NCBI GenBank assembly: GCA_947448795.1
Contig: CANFOZ010000003.1
Coordinates: 3,492-67,491 of the forward strand
DNA: 64,000 nt
Origin: Bacteroidota bacterium
GTDB taxonomy: Bacteria; Bacteroidota; Bacteroidia; AKYH767-A; JAHEYN01
Reading direction: 5' to 3'
Part shown: in pieces, positions 63,066 to 64,000 of the stretch
Layout of the letters: each line of letters opens with the position of its first letter
How positions within the stretch are numbered: the stretch's first letter is position 1
Program-made: the position numbers and the translations under genes
Notes under the pieces: generated by a model
What the model saw: the letters and a program-made list of their open reading frames with translations, nothing else
What the model was told of the DNA's origin: nothing
Databases searched by the model: none

Positions 63066-63932
63066 TTATTTAAATAGACCTTTTAATTTTTTCTCTGCTT
63101 CTTTTTTAGCCTTGTCAGCGGCTTCTTTTTTAGCTTTTTCAGCCTCTGCCTTAACTTTATCTTCAGCCTCTTTCTTCACGCGCTCGGCTTCCGCTTTAGC
63201 CTTGGCCTCTGCATCCTGCTTAGCCTTATTCACTTGCGACTCTAGTTCTTGTTTCTTTTTATCTAATTCAGCTTTGGCTTTGTCTTCTGCCTCTTTCTTC
63301 TTCTTATCTAACTCATCCTTGGCTTTATCCTTTAAGTCGCTAACAACATTCGATGCTGCTCCATTCAGTCCGGTGATGATTTTCGGCTCAGTCATGGTGC
63401 CTCCTATTTTCACATCCACTTTCACCACATCGCCGACGCTAAAGTTGGCGCCTTTGCTGTTGGCTTGGGCAAGCAACCCGTTCACAACACTGTTCGCTTG
63501 GGTACCAAACTCGGCACGCGGGATCTCAAACTTCATCGTGTAGTCAATGCTTTGATCAAATCCATTGCTTCCAGCAATATTCACCTTGCTTTCTCCCATC
63601 TTAACATCAAATGGCTTCACGCGCACGCGGCCGTCTGCAAACTCGAAGCTTAAGTTTGAACTCCCCACTACCAAGCGTTCGAGTTTCTTGATTTTTAAAG
63701 CCTCTCCTACCTTTACCATCGGGGCAAAACCGTTCACTACAATATCCTTCGTGATCATGGCACCAGCCCCATTCATGGTATTCAAAATGGGCTGCATATG
63801 TTCGTCCAAAGTACCATTAACATTGAACTTAGTGCTGTACTGTCCCACTGTCTTCTCAACGATGGGCGCCATTTTTTTCACGGAGTTAAAATACTTTGCC
63901 GTTTGTTGCACATCCATATCCGCCACATCCAA
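63066..63932 (-). CDS. hypothetical protein with C-terminal K/E/A-rich coiled-coil tail (N-terminus may extend beyond the window)
   Basis: C-terminal ~90 aa of KAKDELDKKKKEAEDKAKAELDKKKQELE... encoded by degenerate DNA repeats. No recognisable domain in the N-terminal part. Confidence 0.4.
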   Translation of the reverse strand: MDVADMDVQQTAKYFNSVKKMAPIVEKTVGQYSTKFNVNGTLDEHMQPILNTMNGAGAMITKDIVVNGFAPMVKVGEALKIKKLERLVVGSSNLSFEFADGRVRVKPFDVKMGESKVNIAGSNGFDQSIDYTMKFEIPRAEFGTQANSVVNGLLAQANSKGANFSVGDVVKVDVKIGGTMTEPKIITGLNGAASNVVSDLKDKAKDELDKKKKEAEDKAKAELDKKKQELESQVNKAKQDAEAKAKAEAERVKKEAEDKVKAEAEKAKKEAADKAKKEAEKKLKGLFK

Positions 63933-64000
63933 ATCAAAGCGTATGGAAGGTCTACGTGGACTTTTTGTTGAGTAGGTTCCATTGGCAGTAATAGTACCGC

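Overview
This 64 kb window looks like a compact, mostly housekeeping chromosomal segment from a Bacteroidota genome. Three things point to that phylum: two secreted proteins carrying C-terminal sorting domains of the type IX secretion system (T9SS; one type A, one type B), a short primary sigma factor of 287 aa, and TAnnTTTG promoter boxes of the Bacteroidetes type.

Features, in order:
- An AddA/AddB-like helicase-nuclease pair, with the first gene cut at its 5' end by the window edge.
- A frameshifted IS200-like, REP-associated tyrosine transposase (RAYT) sitting next to three direct copies of an 18-bp REP-like repeat.
- hutH and hisS joined by an ATGA stop/start overlap.
- A three-gene RND efflux operon (adaptor, pump and TolC-like outer membrane factor), followed by ettA.
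- A subtilisin-like S8 peptidase of about 950 aa with a T9SS sorting domain, followed by rpoD/sigA with a recognisable promoter and terminator.
- A long-form GAPDH homologue, then a small membrane protein and a MoxR ATPase.
- Three SurA/parvulin-type periplasmic chaperone genes.
- The RNase P RNA gene rnpB, which overlaps several spurious ORF calls.
- An operon that starts with a protein whose N-terminus resembles sigma-70 region 2, then runs through dapF, a GNAT acetyltransferase, a seven-heme cytochrome c fused to TPR repeats, mltG, a phosphohexomutase, a DUF2279-like protein and an Smr-domain protein.
- An 896-aa collagen-like protein with Gly-X-Y repeats and internal tandem duplications.
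- guaB, then a 1113-aa cysteine-rich T9SS type-B cargo protein.
- An active plus inactive M16 peptidase pair, a nitronate monooxygenase (NMO) family flavoprotein, a GT2 glycosyltransferase and a WcaF-like acetyltransferase.
- TPR, rhomboid, gmhB, class-IV aminotransferase and M20 peptidase genes, then pyrF, prfA and a purM-like gene.
- Two tandem OmpA/TPR/beta-propeller paralogues, one with twin LysM domains, and a protein with a K/E/A-rich coiled-coil tail.

I found no CRISPR array, no tRNA and no obvious prophage or defence island. The most unusual elements are the RAYT with its REP array, the collagen-like protein, the chimeric sigma-region-2-like membrane protein, the cytochrome-TPR fusion and the GAPDH homologue with an N-terminal extension. 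I cannot point to one clear 'novel system'.
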